Positions 38,451 through 50,022 are shown, counted from the stretch's first letter. The stretch: DNA of 64,000 nucleotides from Mobula hypostoma (GCF_963921235.1 NC_086108.1:47494001-47558000); one strand, 5' to 3'. The notes: generated from the letters alone by a model not told the origin. Made by a program: numbers and translations.

Positions 38451-39612
38451 AGTGGATATTAGACCATGGGAAAATGATGCTGGAGAATTTGTATTGGGGT
38501 AAAAGAAATGGCAGATGAACTTCATAAGTATTTTGTGTCAATCTTCACCGTGGAAGACACTAGCATTATGCTAGATATTTCAGAGTATCGGGGGGCAGAA
38601 GTGAGTGTAGTTACTATTACTAAGGAGAAGGTGCTTGGGAAGTTGAAAGCCTGAAACGTAGATGTCACCTGGACCAAATGGACTACACCGCAGGGTTCTG
38701 AAAGAAGTAGCAGAAGAGATTGTGGAGACATTAGTCATGATCTTTCAGGAATCACTAGATTCTGAAATGGTTCTGGAGGACTGAAAAATTGCAAATGTCA
38801 ATCCACTTTTTATGAAGGGAAGTAGGCGGAAGAAAGGAATTTATAGGCCTGACTTCAATGGTTGGGAAGATGTTGGGGTCCTTTATTAAGCATGAGGCTT
38901 TGGGATGCTTGGAGGCACATGACAAATAAGGCAAAGTCAGCATGGTTTCCTTAAGGGGAAATCTGGCCTGGCAAATCTTCCGGAATTTCTTAGAGGCAAT
39001 AACAGGCAGGATAGACAAATGAGAGTCAGTGGATGTTGTTTATTTGGATTTTCAGAAGCCCTTTGACAAGGTGCCGCACCTGAGACTAATTAACAAAAGA
39101 GCCATAGTATTACAGGGAAGATACTAGCAAGGATAGAAGATTGGTTGACTGGCAGGAGGCAAAAATTGGGAAGAAAAGGGGCCTATTATGGATGGCTGCC
39201 TATGACTAGTGGTGTTCTACAGGGGTCAGTGTTAGGAGTGCTTCTTTTTTACGTTATATATCAATGATTTGGATGATGGAATTGATGGCTTTGTGACCAG
39301 GTTTGCAGATGATATGAAAATAGTTGGAAGAGCAGACAGTGTTGAGGAAGAATGGAATCTGCAGAAGAACTGCAGATGTTTTAGAGAATGGGTAAAGAAG
39401 TGTCAGATGGAAGACAGTGAAGGGAAGTGTATGGTCATACACTTTGGTAGAAGGAATAAAGCCATACACTGCTCTTTAAATGAGAAGAAAATTCAAAAAT
39501 CAGAGGTCCAAATCGAATTGGGAGTTCTTGTGCAGGACTCACTAATGGTTAACTTGCAGGTTGAGTTGTGGTAAAGAAGGCAAATGTAATGTTAGCGTTC
39601 ATTTCAAGAAGA

Positions 39613-40352
39613 TGGTAATTAATTTAATGGTATGACTCAGCAGTGTGGAGGATCAGCAAGATCTTGGGGTCTGTGTCTATAGGACACTCAAAGCTGCTGC
39701 ACAGGTTGACAGTGTTGCTAAGAAGGCGTATGGTGTGTTAGCCTTCATCAACCGTGGGATTGAGTTCAAGAGCTGTGAGGTAATGTTACAGCTATATAAG
39801 ACCTTAGTCAGACCACACTTGGAGTACTGTGTTCAGTTCTGGTCACCTCATTATAGGAAGGATGTGGATACCACAGAGAGAGTGCGGAGGAGACTTACAA
39901 GGATATTGCCTGGATTGGAGAACATGCCTTATGAGAATAGGTTGAGTGAACTTGGCCTTTTCTCCTTGGAGCGACAGAGGATGAGAGATGACCTGATAGA
40001 GGTGTATAAGATGATGAGAGGCATTGATCATGTGGATAGCCAGAAGCTTTTTCCCAGGGCTGAAATGGCTAACATGAGGGGGCATAGTTTTAAGGTGCTT
40101 GAAAGTAGGTACAAAGGGATGTCAGAGGTAAGTTTTTTTACACAGAGAATGGTGGGTGTATGGAATGCACTGCCAGTGACAGTGGTAGAGGCGGATACAA
40201 TAGGGTCTTTTAAGATAATCTTAGATAGGTACATGGAGCTTAAAAAAATGGAGGGCTATGCAGTAGAGAAATTCTAGGCAGTTTCTAGAGTAGGTCACAT
40301 GATCGGCACAACATTGTGGGCTGAGGTCCTGTAATATGCTGTAGATTTCTAT
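39613..40352 (+). mobile_element. Second CR1 subfamily 3' fragment nested in the CR1
   Basis: ORF 39645-40277 (RPHLEYCVQFWSP...) flanked by the imperfect duplication TTTCAAGAAGA / TTTCAATGAAGA; the host CR1 resumes afterwards. Confidence 0.8.
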
Positions 40353-41742
40353 GTTTCAATGAAGACTAGAACAAAAGAGCACAGATGTGATGCTGAAACT
40401 TTGTAACGCATTGACCAGACAGCACTTGGAGTATTATGAGCAGTTTTGGGCCCCTTATCTAACAAAAGATGTGTTAGCATTAAAAAGGATCCAGGGGAGG
40501 TTAATGCCAATAATTCTGGGAAAATGTTAATGTATGAGGAGTGTTTGATGGCTCTGGGCCCGTACTTGCTAGAGTTTAGAAGAATGAGGGTGAATCTCAT
40601 TGAAACCTTTTGAATGTTGAAAGGCCTAGATAGAGTGTATATGGACAGGATGTTTGCTATAGTGAGGGAGTCTAGGGCCAGAGGGCACAGCCTCAGAATA
40701 GAGGGACATCCATTTACAGCAAAAACAAGGAGGAATTTCTTAAGCCAGATGACTGTTGAATCTGCGTAATTTATGACCATATATGGCTGTGGAGTCCGCC
40801 ACTGAGAATATTGAAAGTGGGAGTTGAGAGGTTCTTGATTAGTCAGGGCATCAAAGGGTACAGGGACAAGGCAGGAGTATGGGGTTGACAGAGATAATAA
40901 ATCAGCCATGATGGAATGGCTGAGCAGTCTCAATGTGCTGAATGGTCTAATTCTGCTCCTTTGTCTTCTGATAGTTGGACAGGTTTCCATCCAGTTGCCT
41001 GAAGTGTTTTATTACCATGTCCTTGGTTTGCTGAATGACTCATCCAGCCATTACGCTGGTTTGCTTCATTTCACTCTTGAGGCTCATTTGTTTCATTGCT
41101 GCCCACTATCTCTAAATTATCAGGCAGCTTCGAGATGTGGGGAGTTCAGACAGGGTGATCTACCCAGACCCTGCGCAGCCGGGCATGACCCATTCACCCT
41201 GAAACAACCCACTGACCCTGCACTCTCTACATGGAATACAGTGTTGGGAAGTGTACAGTCACGCACTTTAGTAGAAGGAATAAAGGCGTCGACTATTTTC
41301 TAAACAGGAAGCAAATTCAGAAGCAGAAGATGCAAAGGAATTTGAGAGTCCGAGTGCAGGATTCTCTAAAGCAGTGGTTCCCAACATTTTATTTTGATTT
41401 CTGATCTCCTTGGCTGCCAGACCGGATCCCCAGTGCCCCCTCTCCCTTTCTGGCTGTTACATAAAAGCTATAAAGATTGTTGATTTACAATGCATAGTCA
41501 AAGAATATTGGAACTGCAAATTCAAAGCAGTGACAAATAATTGCAAAATTATTCAAATCAATTTAAAGCTACAAATAAAACTATTTACTTAATTATAGTT
41601 AAAAAATAATCTTCCTCAACAATTTTAGAGCATACATTAGTATTCCAACTATTCACTACTTCATTGCTTGTTTGTGTTTCACTGAGATGGATGGGCTTGG
41701 TGCAGTTTTATCACCTTCTTGACGTCAGGCTGAATGTCACCT

Positions 41743-42497
41743 AGAATCAGAATCAGAACCAAGTTTATTATCACTGGCATGTGACGTGAAATTTGTTAAC
41801 TTAGCAGTATCAGTTCAATGCAATACATAATATAGAAGAAGAAAATAATAAGAGTAAATAAATAAGTAATTCTTATTCGGTATATTTTATACAGTATATG
41901 TATATTGAATAGATTAAAAATCGTGCAAAAGACAGAAATACTATATCTTAAAAAAAGTGAGGTAGTGTCCAAGGGTTCAATGTCCATTTAGAAATCGGAT
42001 TGCAGAGGGGAAGAAGCTGTTCCTGAATCACTGAGTGTGTGCCTTCAGGCTTCTGTACCTCCTATCTGATGGTAACAGTGAGGAAAGGGCATGCCCTGGG
42101 TGCTAGAGGTCCTTAATAATGGATGCTGCCTTTCTGAGACACCGCTCCTTGAAGGGGTCCTGGGTACTTTGAAGGCTAGTGCCCAAGATTGAGCTGACTA
42201 AATTTACAACCCTCTGCAGCTTCTTTCAATCCTGTGCAGTAGCCCCTCCATACCAGACAGTGATGCAGCCTGTCAGAATGCCCTCCACGATACATCTATA
42301 GAAGTTTTGAGTGTACTTGTTGACATGCCAAATCTCTTCAAACTCCTAATAAAGTATAGCTGCTGTCTTGCCTTCTTTACAACTACATCGATATGTTGGG
42401 ACCAGGTCAGATCCTCAGAGATCTTGACACCCAGGAATTTGAGACTGTTCATTCTCTCCACCTCTGATCTCTCTATGAGAACTGGTGTGTGTTCCTT
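41743..42497 (-). mobile_element. Rex1/Babar-like LINE 3' fragment nested in the hAT transposase
   Basis: [18 protein letters not shown]...RSLKRFGMS with an (ATTCTG)n tail. Same subfamily as 60960-62303. Confidence 0.88.
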
Positions 42498-42887
42498 CAG
42501 AAGCAGCCTCAGACCCCCACATTCAATAATTTACAGTCTGTTTTGTTGCTTTGAAAGAAGTTGGACAACTGCACTGAAACTGCACTGCACAACATACAGT
42601 ATATGACCTTTTTCCACAGTGCAAGATAGTGTTCAGAGATTTCTTTCTGCAACCAAAAGATTTGATATGATTTTTTGAACCTCAGCTTCGGCTCAAAGTT
42701 ATTTTGTAGTGAGATTATTTCTTCATCCATCCTTCCTGTTATTTCAATATTACAAGTGTTCAGGAATGGCTTTATTACCTGAACTGCAATTTGGATCAAG
42801 AGATGTTCCTGAAATCTCGTTGACATACATTTACGCAGCTCACCCAGGTTTTCACTGAGTGACTGAAAATAAGGAAAGTTATTGCTT

Positions 42888-43110
42888 CACAACAGGAATT
42901 CTGCAGATGCTGGAAATTCAAACAACACACATCAAAGTTGCTGGTGAACGCAGCAGGCCAGGCAGCATCTGTAGGAAGAGGTGCAGTCGACGTTTCAGGC
43001 CGAGACCCTTCGAAGGGTCCTGACGAAGGGTCTCGGCCTGAAACGTCGACTGCACCTCTTCCTACAGATGCTGCCTGGCCTGCTGCGTTCACCAGCAACT
43101 TTGATGTGTC
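42888..43110. mobile_element. 223-bp Penelope pLTR-derived foldback insertion with hammerhead core
   Basis: 12-bp TSD AAGTTATTGCTT at 42876-42887 and 43111-43122. Perfect 86-bp inverted repeat at 42927-43012 / 43024-43109. Confidence 0.9.
43016..43051 (+). ncRNA. Minimal type I hammerhead ribozyme motif
   Basis: GGTC-CTGACGA(43020-43026)-AGG gtctcgg CCT-GAAAC(43040-43044)-GTC-GACT, with a palindromic ACGT stem III. Confidence 0.75.
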
Positions 43111-46100
43111 AAGTTATTGCTTGCTTTATCAGAGTGTATTCTCTTCAAATGTTCAAGGAGCCTGGGTGGTTTCATTGCCTCATTTAACAAAATCCTTTTT
43201 AACACAACTGACACATCGGCTACTTGCTGCCGGTATATGTAAATCTATTTTTTAGATACTCCACACAAAATTGTTTACACTTCTCTTTTGTTTGGTCTGC
43301 TTCTCCCATTTTCATTACGGATTAACAACTATGATCAATCACCTATTGCTCGTGCACTGCGATCAATAAAGGGGAATGTTATAGCTCAGGCAAAGCCAGG
43401 CTCTCTGCCTGAAGGTGCAGCGATATCTCAGTTGGGCAATGGACTAGAGAAATGCAGTCAAAACCATTTGAAAGCACAGATTCTGAACCTTACCCTATGA
43501 ACACCATACCCTAATTCACCGTAATTGCATTTCTCTGTGACAAGAGTATGGGAATTGTACTAGCTAACACCGCACTACAGTAATGAATGGTAATAATGTG
43601 CAAGCTGGACCTAAAATAATGTGGTTCTTTCAGTCAAGATTTCTCATGATGTGCCAAATACAGAAGTGCTATGTTTGCTTTTAAACAACTATAACGTGCT
43701 TCGAGCACAGTCTGAGAGAATGGTGGGTTAGCGAGAGACGAGGTGACTGCATAATCATTGTCATTAATTATGAGGCACTGAGGACCAAATGGTTATAATA
43801 AGCAATTCGTTTCTTACATTAAGCCATAATCCCTCAGCTGCCCCCTTGCTACCAAGCGCCCCCACCACCCCCTAAGAAATTGCCCCCAGGCGGGCGATGT
43901 TGCCCACTTTGGGAACCGCTGCCCTAAAGATAAACTTGCAGATTGAGTAGGTAGTAAAGAGAGCAAATGCAATGTTAGCATTCATTTCAAAAGGTCTAGA
44001 ATATAAAAAGCAAGGATGTAATTCAGAGGGTTTATAAAGTCTTGTTTAGATCATATTTGGAGTATTGAGAGTAGTTTTGGGCTTCATATCTAAGAAAGAA
44101 CATGCTGACATTGGAGAGGGTCCAAAGGAGGTTTACGATAATGATCCTGGGAATGAAAGGCTTAACATACGAGGAGCATTTGACAGCTCAGAGCCTTTAC
44201 TCACTCAAATTTAGAAGAAGGAGGGTGGGGGGGGTGTGGAATTTCATTGAAACCTATTGAATACTGAAAGGCCTAAATAGAGTAGACATGGAGAGGATGT
44301 TTTCAATAGTGGGTGAGTCCAGTACCAAAGGACACAGCCTCAGAATAGAAGGACTTCCCCTAAGAAAAGAGATGAGGAAGAACATCTTTAGCCTGAGGGT
44401 GGCAAGTCTGTGGAATTCACTGCTACAGATGGCCATGGAGGCTAAATAACTGGGTACACTTAAAGTGAAGGTTAATAGGTTCCTGATTGGTAAAGGGATC
44501 AAAAAGTCATGGGGAGAAGGCAGGATAATGAGGCTGAGAGGAAAATACGCCAGCCATGATTGAATGGTGGAGCAGAGTGGCCCAGTTCCATTGCTATGTC
44601 TTATGGTTTTATGGACCCAGAAGCTGAAGAATGAAATTCAAAATGTAATTGTGTTTTCACAGTTTTCACATTTGCTTCTTCTCTTTTGTGTATAGGAACT
44701 GGGATATTCACCGATGAGCAACATTACACTTATATACTGCAGTCACTGAATATCTGCACAAATGTGACTGATGTGTTGTTAAGCATCCTGGCAGGACATC
44801 AGTGGCCTGAACTCAGTTCCACATGGAGCCAATTCTTCTCTTTAATGACTGGATGGGTTTTCTTGGATGTCTGGGGTAGATACAACCTAGCTCCACAGGT
44901 CTGCATTGGGAAACTATCCCAAAATTGGCTCCAAGTGATCATTTTGTTCAAATAGGAAATACTAACAGCAACAATGACAGGAATGTTGGGATGAAATGGA
45001 AGCAGCTTAAGTCTACTCTGGGATTGTGTGACTGGACAGTGCAAAGGGAACTTCATCCCACTTTTTTTATATAAAAAAGGGTTATTTACGGCCGTGTAGC
45101 CTCAGTTGTAGTGAGAATTAGGCCTCAAGCCTTGGGCTTGCCTGCTGCTGCAGGGCAGGTGAGCGAGATGGAAGTGCTACAGCATGGTTGAGCTCGGCTG
45201 GGGCCTAACCACGTCTGTAAGTGCTGCCCTCCAGTGTTTGAGTGGTGGAATGACAGGCTGGATTACGTGCGTCTGTACACTGCCAGGAGACTGTGCTATT
45301 GATTGCTGGACATTGTTGCTCAGGGCCTTGGACTATATATTTTTTTTCTGAGAGAATATGCATCTTTGCTCTATATTTTGAATTATGTTACTCACCATTT
45401 TTGAATGTTTGCTCCCTATTTTGAATGTTTCGCACCTTGGTCCCAGCGGAACGCTGCTTCTATGAATGGTTTGAATGATAATTAAACGATTTGATTTAAA
45501 TCTTTATTATATTATTTGAATAGTTAATGATACTCAGCATGTTGGGAAAGGCAGCCCAAGCCACAAAGTAAAGTATTTTCTAATTTTGCCTGGTATCATT
45601 GTAAGAAGAGACATTCATCTTCCCTGCTGTGACAAATAAACCATCCATCACCAGTATTAGGCCCTTTTGGTCTGCTCTGTGGGAGCACCTGTAAATACCT
45701 GTGGCAGAACCCTTGAAGGGAAGGTAGTGCTGACTTTGTCTAGCACTGGTGGTAAGTGACCACAAATTCAATTCGGCATTACATTTAAAAGGTTATAAAT
45801 ATTAGCCAGTATCAGATTATAATAAGATTCTTTTTTGGTACAATATGAGACAAACATTTTACTGCACCCCTATACTGCTAATTTATAGATTAAACTACTT
45901 TCTTTGCAATGTGCAATTTTTTTTCAATTAGCCCTTCATCTAGAGCACTGACTTCATGGGCCAACATTTAAAATAATTTATATATGCTGACTGTCTCCCT
46001 CTGAGAAATATTCAAACTGGAGGATGCTTAGTGATCAAAAGCAACAGACAACAAATGGCTAAACTGTTAACTGTTCAGTCGTAGCCATAGAGTCTGCAGG

Positions 46101-46440
46101 AATAGCACCTGCCCCCTACTGCAGCAAGCTCAATTTTGCTGGGACCAAAGATGCAAAATTTCTTTGAAATTATTCTTCCAATACATTCATGCACAAGAAC
46201 AGACTCAACAAAGCACAACGAAGTTGAGTTTATTGTCATACACACAAGCACACAAATGCGTAGGTGCAATGTAAAATAGACACATAAGATCACCACTGAC
46301 AGGCTGTCAATGGCATTTTGTGCCACTTCTCCAGGATCTCCCTTGCTCAGCTTCAGAATGCTTGTAACTGTGAACTTCTGCACAAACCAAACTATCTTCC
46401 AGATTAACATTGGAGGCACCAAAGCTAATTACCAATGAAT

Positions 46441-46577
46441 TAATGGCCCGATGAAGGGTCTCGGCCTGAAACGTCGATTCTTTATTTCTTTCTATGGATT
46501 CGGTCTATCCTGCTGGGTTCCTCCAGCATTCTGTGTGTTTTACTCTGGATTTCCAGCATCTGCAGAATCTCTTGCGT
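46441..46577 (+). mobile_element. Solo 137-bp Penelope pLTR fragment starting at a mutated hammerhead core
   Basis: 12-bp TSD TTACCAATGAAT at 46429-46440 and 46578-46589. Reads cCGATGAagggtctcggcctGAAACGTCga...ccagcatctgcagaatctcttg. Confidence 0.85.
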
Positions 46578-47760
46578 TTACCAATGAATCTGCCCACTGA
46601 ATGCGTAGTCCGGATGGACCAAGTTGTAGATAAGCTCGTCTGCAACTTGGCTCTACTTGCATCTGTCCTTTGAAAACTGGCCACTGTAGACCCAGTGTAT
46701 CACAGTCTCCTCCTGTTTTTACCCTCCCAGTTTGTTATCAACCCACAATCACATCGAACTGCAGCTTCTCCGTAATTCTGCAGCTTGCACTTCAACCTGC
46801 AGTATACTTTGAAATACCAAACACCACTTCATCCTTGCTGATCCATCACTCCGCCATCCTCTGAGTCACCAGAATCTGTGAAAACTTAAATCCTTGCCTG
46901 TTTGGCTGGTCCCACCCCTCAACCTCATTCCCTAATTCCATCTTTCCTGGGTCCCACAATGCCACCCTTCCTTCCAATAGCTGATTCTTTTCCTAACTTC
47001 CTCCAGCTTCCAAGCTCTTTTTATAACCTCTCCTTTTGATCAAGCTGTTAAATCCAGATAGATGCACTACAGGAGTTCTGCTCAGCTTCCTGGCCTTTGG
47101 TTGTAGGCCTTCAATAGCCCACTCTCCACCTCATTACCTTCTTCTCCTGCAGCACTCTGGGGCAATTTCCTGCATTAAAGAATACTAACTAAGGCTACAA
47201 ACGTACTGTGCACTTGACGGTGGAGACAAACGTGCGATAAAACGGGAGGGCTAAGCTGACTTTGACAGCTACTGACGTTACATTAACACCACTGACAATA
47301 CATACATTATTGATAACCTTAATGATAACCAAGCCTTATCACAAACTCCCTGCAGTCAATACAGTTATTCTCATGCATTGACAATCGATCTACAATACTG
47401 TGTGTATATGTATATATCTCAATAAAGTTTGCCTTGTCGACTGCCACTACAATGAACATCAAAGATCAAAGGCACCATAAATACACAATAAATAGTTCTC
47501 AGCTGCAAGTATTTAACACCAAATCAGCAGACAAGAATGACTGCAGCACTGCATCTTTCAGAAGTTTAGCAACTGCTACCTACTGAGGCACACATAGCAC
47601 CTTGTGGTCAATCAGACACACTTTTTACAGCTAAGTGTTCAAAACATGAGATTTGGCTAACCACTGCTGTTCAATTGCAGAGAAGCACAAAACAATAATG
47701 CAGAACAACTTTATGGTAATTTCACTTTTACTCCATCATTTGGAATCATTTATTAATTGA

Positions 47761-47823
47761 ACTACTATATTGGAGTCATTCTTAATACCATTAAAGTATT
47801 AAGAATGACTCCAATGCAGTAGT
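47761..47823. repeat. 28-bp-arm hairpin (inverted duplication)
   Basis: Arms at 47761-47788 and 47796-47823 match at 26/28, with the inner 20 bp perfect; 7-nt loop CATTAAA. Confidence 0.9.
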
Positions 47824-48079
47824 CATTAAAGATTAGCTGAAGCTGCTTTACCTTTCCATAGTTATTCTGAAATTTTATAAACATTTTTGAAGTTGTACCT
47901 CATGGCAGATCCACAGGCCTCTGAATCCTGTGCCTTCTCAGTGTATGTACAACACATGAATGATTCATGAGCACACATTGAAAGGAACAATAAAACCACA
48001 GCTGTGCAAATCCTTACCACATCTGGTAACCCCGTGATCTCCGTCTTGGAGGCTGACAGAAGAAAATCTTTCAAAAGGG

Positions 48080-48159
48080 CTAAAATTGGATTGATACAGA
48101 GATTAGCATGGCCTCTTCCGAAGGATGACACACACACTTGTGAAGCAATCCATACTTCT
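48080..48159 (+). pseudogene. U6 snRNA pseudogene (5'-truncated, diverged)
   Basis: CTAAAATTGGAttGATACAGAG-ATTAGCATGGCCtCTtCcgAAGGATGACACaCAcAcTtGTGAAGCaaTCCATAcTT is colinear with U6 from about nt 25 to its 3' end, including the ACAGAG box and AGC triad. Confidence 0.9.
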
Positions 48160-48405
48160 GAGTTGTGCACTCTCTCCTGTCTTGTTTTTGTGATGTATAG
48201 AACCCTTTGCAAAGCCATCAAGAAGGACAAGAGCATAAGAGGGGTGACGTAGCTGGGTAGTGGAGGGCCCCAAGTGAAAACCTTCCTGTACGTGGACAAC
48301 ATCACTGTCTTCTGCTCGGACCTGAGCTCAGTTTGCAGATTGAGTTGGCATCAGGGGCCAGCATTAACCCCATGAAGAGCAAGGCAATGCTCTTCGGCAA
48401 CTGGG
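48160..48405 (+). mobile_element. Tx1/L1-clade RT fragment fused to the U6 copy
   Basis: Degenerate (G)CALSPVLF..IEPFA..IKKDKSIRGVT*LGSGGPQVKTFLYVDNITVFCSD..SGASIN..KSKAMLFGNW. Confidence 0.75.
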
Positions 48406-48719
48406 CGCCATGGCAGTGGAGCGATTAGCGTGGCGCTATTACAGCTTGGGCCAGAGTTCAGAGGTCATTTCTTTCAGGTTACTTATACACCATTGTTTCA
48501 CCCCTGTTGCATCACAAACATTTTCTCATGGACAGATTGTATTCCATTTCCAGGCATTTGCACATTACTCATTAATTTATTAACAATAAAAAAACAAATT
48601 TATATTTAAATATTTATGAATTATTCACTTTTTTAACAGGAGCTTGCTGCACAGATTGTACTATGTTGGTACGTGTCACATTTAAAGTATTTAATTGCTG
48701 ATGAAATATGATGGGAAAC

Positions 48720-50022
48720 ACCAGGGAGGAAAGGGTAACAAACTGGCGTCCTGTCACACTCACCTCAATGATAAACAAATGCTTTGAGAGGCTGGTCAAG
48801 GACTACATTTGCGGCTTGCTACCACCCACACTGGACCCCTTACAATTAACCTACCGACACAACCGATTGACAGACGACGCAATAGCCACCGCTCTACGTA
48901 GCATCCATACACATCTGGAGAAGAAGGTTTATGTGAGGATGTTGTTCTTGAGCATTCAAGACCATAATTCCCTCCAGGCTCAACAGGAAGCTCAGAGACC
49001 TTGGCCTTGACCCTGCCTTGTGCAGCTGGATCCTGGATTCCCTGTCAGATCGCCTGCAGGTGGTAAGAGTGGGCTCCTTCACCTCCACCCCTCTGACTCT
49101 CAACACAGGAGCCCCTCAGGGCTGTGTACTAAGTCCCCTCCTTTACTCCCTATATACCCATTACTGTGTCACCACCAACAGCTCCAATATGCTAATTAAA
49201 TTTGCCGATGACACTACATCGATTGGCCTTATCTCAAACAATAACGATGTGGCCTACAGGAAAGTCATCTCTCTGACACAGCGATGTCAAGGAAACAATA
49301 TCTCCCTCAATGTCGCAAAAACAAAGGAGCTGGTTGTGGACTACAGGAGGAATGGAGACGGGCTAACCCCTATTGACATCAATGGATCTGGGGTTGAGGG
49401 GGTGAACAGCTTTAAGTTCCTTGGCATCCACATCACCGAGGACCTCACGTGGTCTGTACACACCAGCTGTGTGGTGAAAAAGGCACGACAGCACCATTTT
49501 CACTTCAGACAGTTGAGGAAATTTGGTATGGGCCCCCAAATCCCAAGAACTTTCTACAGGGGCACAATTGAGAGCATCCTGACTGGCTGCATTACTGCCT
49601 GGTATGGGAACTGTACTTCCCTCAATCGCAGGTCTCTGCAGAGAGTGGTGCAGACAGCCCAGCGCATCTGTAGATGTGAACTTCCCATGATTCAGGACAT
49701 TTACAAAAACAGGTGTGAAAAAAGGGCCCGAAGGATCACTGGGGACCCGAGTCACCCCAACCACAAACTGTTCCAGCTGCTGCCATCCGGGAAATAGCAC
49801 CTCAGCATAAAAGTCAGGACCAACAGGCTCCGGGACAGCTTCTTCCACCAGGACATCAGAATGATTAACTCACACTGATTTGAGTGTATTTCTATGTTAC
49901 ATTGACTGTTCTATTTATTATAAATTATAAATTACTATGATTGCACATTTAGACGGAGATGTAACATAAAGAATTTTACTCCTCCTGCATGTGAAGGATA
50001 TAAGAAATAAAGTCAATTCAAT
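48720..50022 (+). mobile_element. Rex1/Babar-like LINE 3' half
   Basis: ORF 49018-49797 ([25 protein letters not shown]), ending in an aataaagtcaattcaattc tail. Same family as 6460-8550. Confidence 0.92.

Larger units (their letters stand above)
34850..40970 (+). mobile_element. Near full-length decayed CR1 LINE (esterase ORF1 and ORF2) hosting nested insertions
   Basis: ORF1 SGNH-like VRGDSSVRG near 35365; APE remnants 36700-37260; RT (QGSVLG, RFADDMK) 38700-39600; 3' tail near 40960. Confidence 0.85.
41372..43921 (-). mobile_element. Internally deleted hAT DNA transposon (Charlie/Buster-type)
   Basis: TIRs CAGTGGTTCCCAA... and ...TTGGGAACCGCTG; 8-bp TSD CTCTAAAG/CCCTAAAG. Minus-strand transposase remnants: NEAMKP near 43170, FKKSYQIFWLQKEI near 42650, GLRLL near 42505, DIQPDVKKVIKLHQAHPSQ* at about 41680-41740. 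Confidence 0.85.
41230..44610 (+). mobile_element. CR1 3' fragment split by a hAT element (pieces about 41230-41371 and 43922-44610)
   Basis: gtgcaggattctctaaag|ataaacttgcag is colinear with CR1 ORF2 once the hAT insert is removed. Confidence 0.8.

Noticed and set aside
42796..43255. Two ORFs with identical N-termini (MLVNAAGQAAS...) on opposite strands
   Set aside because: An artefact of the perfect inverted repeat; the same applies to the ORFs at 9952-10305.
48080..48159. Functional U6 snRNA gene
   Set aside because: Lacks the 5' stem-loop, has multiple substitutions and a deletion, shows no evident upstream PSE/TATA, and is fused to LINE sequence.
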